64,000 bases of DNA from Batkoa obscura (Eukaryota). The position numbers and the translations under genes are program-made. The notes under the pieces were generated by a model that was given only the letters and a program-made list of their open reading frames with translations, was not told the DNA's origin and did not search any database. Location of the stretch: NCBI GenBank assembly GCA_030770535.1, contig JASVEC010000016.1, forward strand, positions 558,001 through 622,000, given 5' to 3'. Below, piece by piece: positions 63,696 to 64,000 of this stretch (positions are counted from its first letter, which is position 1; every line of letters starts with the position of its first letter).

Positions 63696-64000
63696 ATAGC
63701 TGTAGGTTATAAGTATAGAATAAAATTTAAGTTTTGGCTACAAAGTTGGTGACTTTAGTTTAATAATTACCTATGTGTTGTGTTAATTCTAACAAATTAT
63801 TGATAAATTTGACAAAAGTTAAATAAAAATTTTAATTTTTGTATACTTTAATGATTTATTATTTTTATTGTTGACTTTATAATCTTATAAAGCATAATTT
63901 TATTTTAACTATGAATTTCAATTATTTTTTTAATTAGTTAATAATTGATTTTAATTTTATATCGATTTTATCATATTACTTTGTAACTCAGTTTAAAGGT

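Overview
AT-rich eukaryotic nuclear DNA from a fungus, probably an early-diverging lineage. The genes are compact, with short (~45-65 nt) GT-AG introns, and include a chitin synthase and a hybrid histidine kinase; the lineage cannot be fixed from this sequence alone. About 19 protein-coding genes are supported: a membrane-anchored unknown, a zinc-ribbon protein, cullin-3-like, a myosin-remnant chitin synthase, a divergent Mad3/Bub1-like protein, mitochondrial carrier OAC1, a secreted tyrosinase, two tandem Na+/K+-ATPase-like (type IIC) P-type ATPases, a PAS hybrid histidine kinase, MCR1, mitochondrial DNA polymerase gamma, ArgRS, a 7TM receptor-like gene, cullin-4, a C2HC+PHD protein, an AVT3/4-like transporter, SDH4 and RNase P/MRP p30. 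There is also a tRNA-Phe(GAA) and a decayed paralog of the 7TM gene. Two features stand out. (1) A ~97-bp MITE family, with 18 copies counted by eye, has GGGGATGT..ACATCCCC terminal inverted repeats and 4-bp AWWT-type target-site duplications; it includes a three-copy stack separated by ATAT and one intronic copy. (2) The ATPase pair has (near-)identical DNA in the cytoplasmic catalytic domains, including a ~1.2-kb identical block, while most membrane segments have diverged and the ion-site residues are non-canonical. I found no CRISPR array, autonomous transposon or clear novel multi-gene system. Exon models were read by eye and need RNA confirmation.
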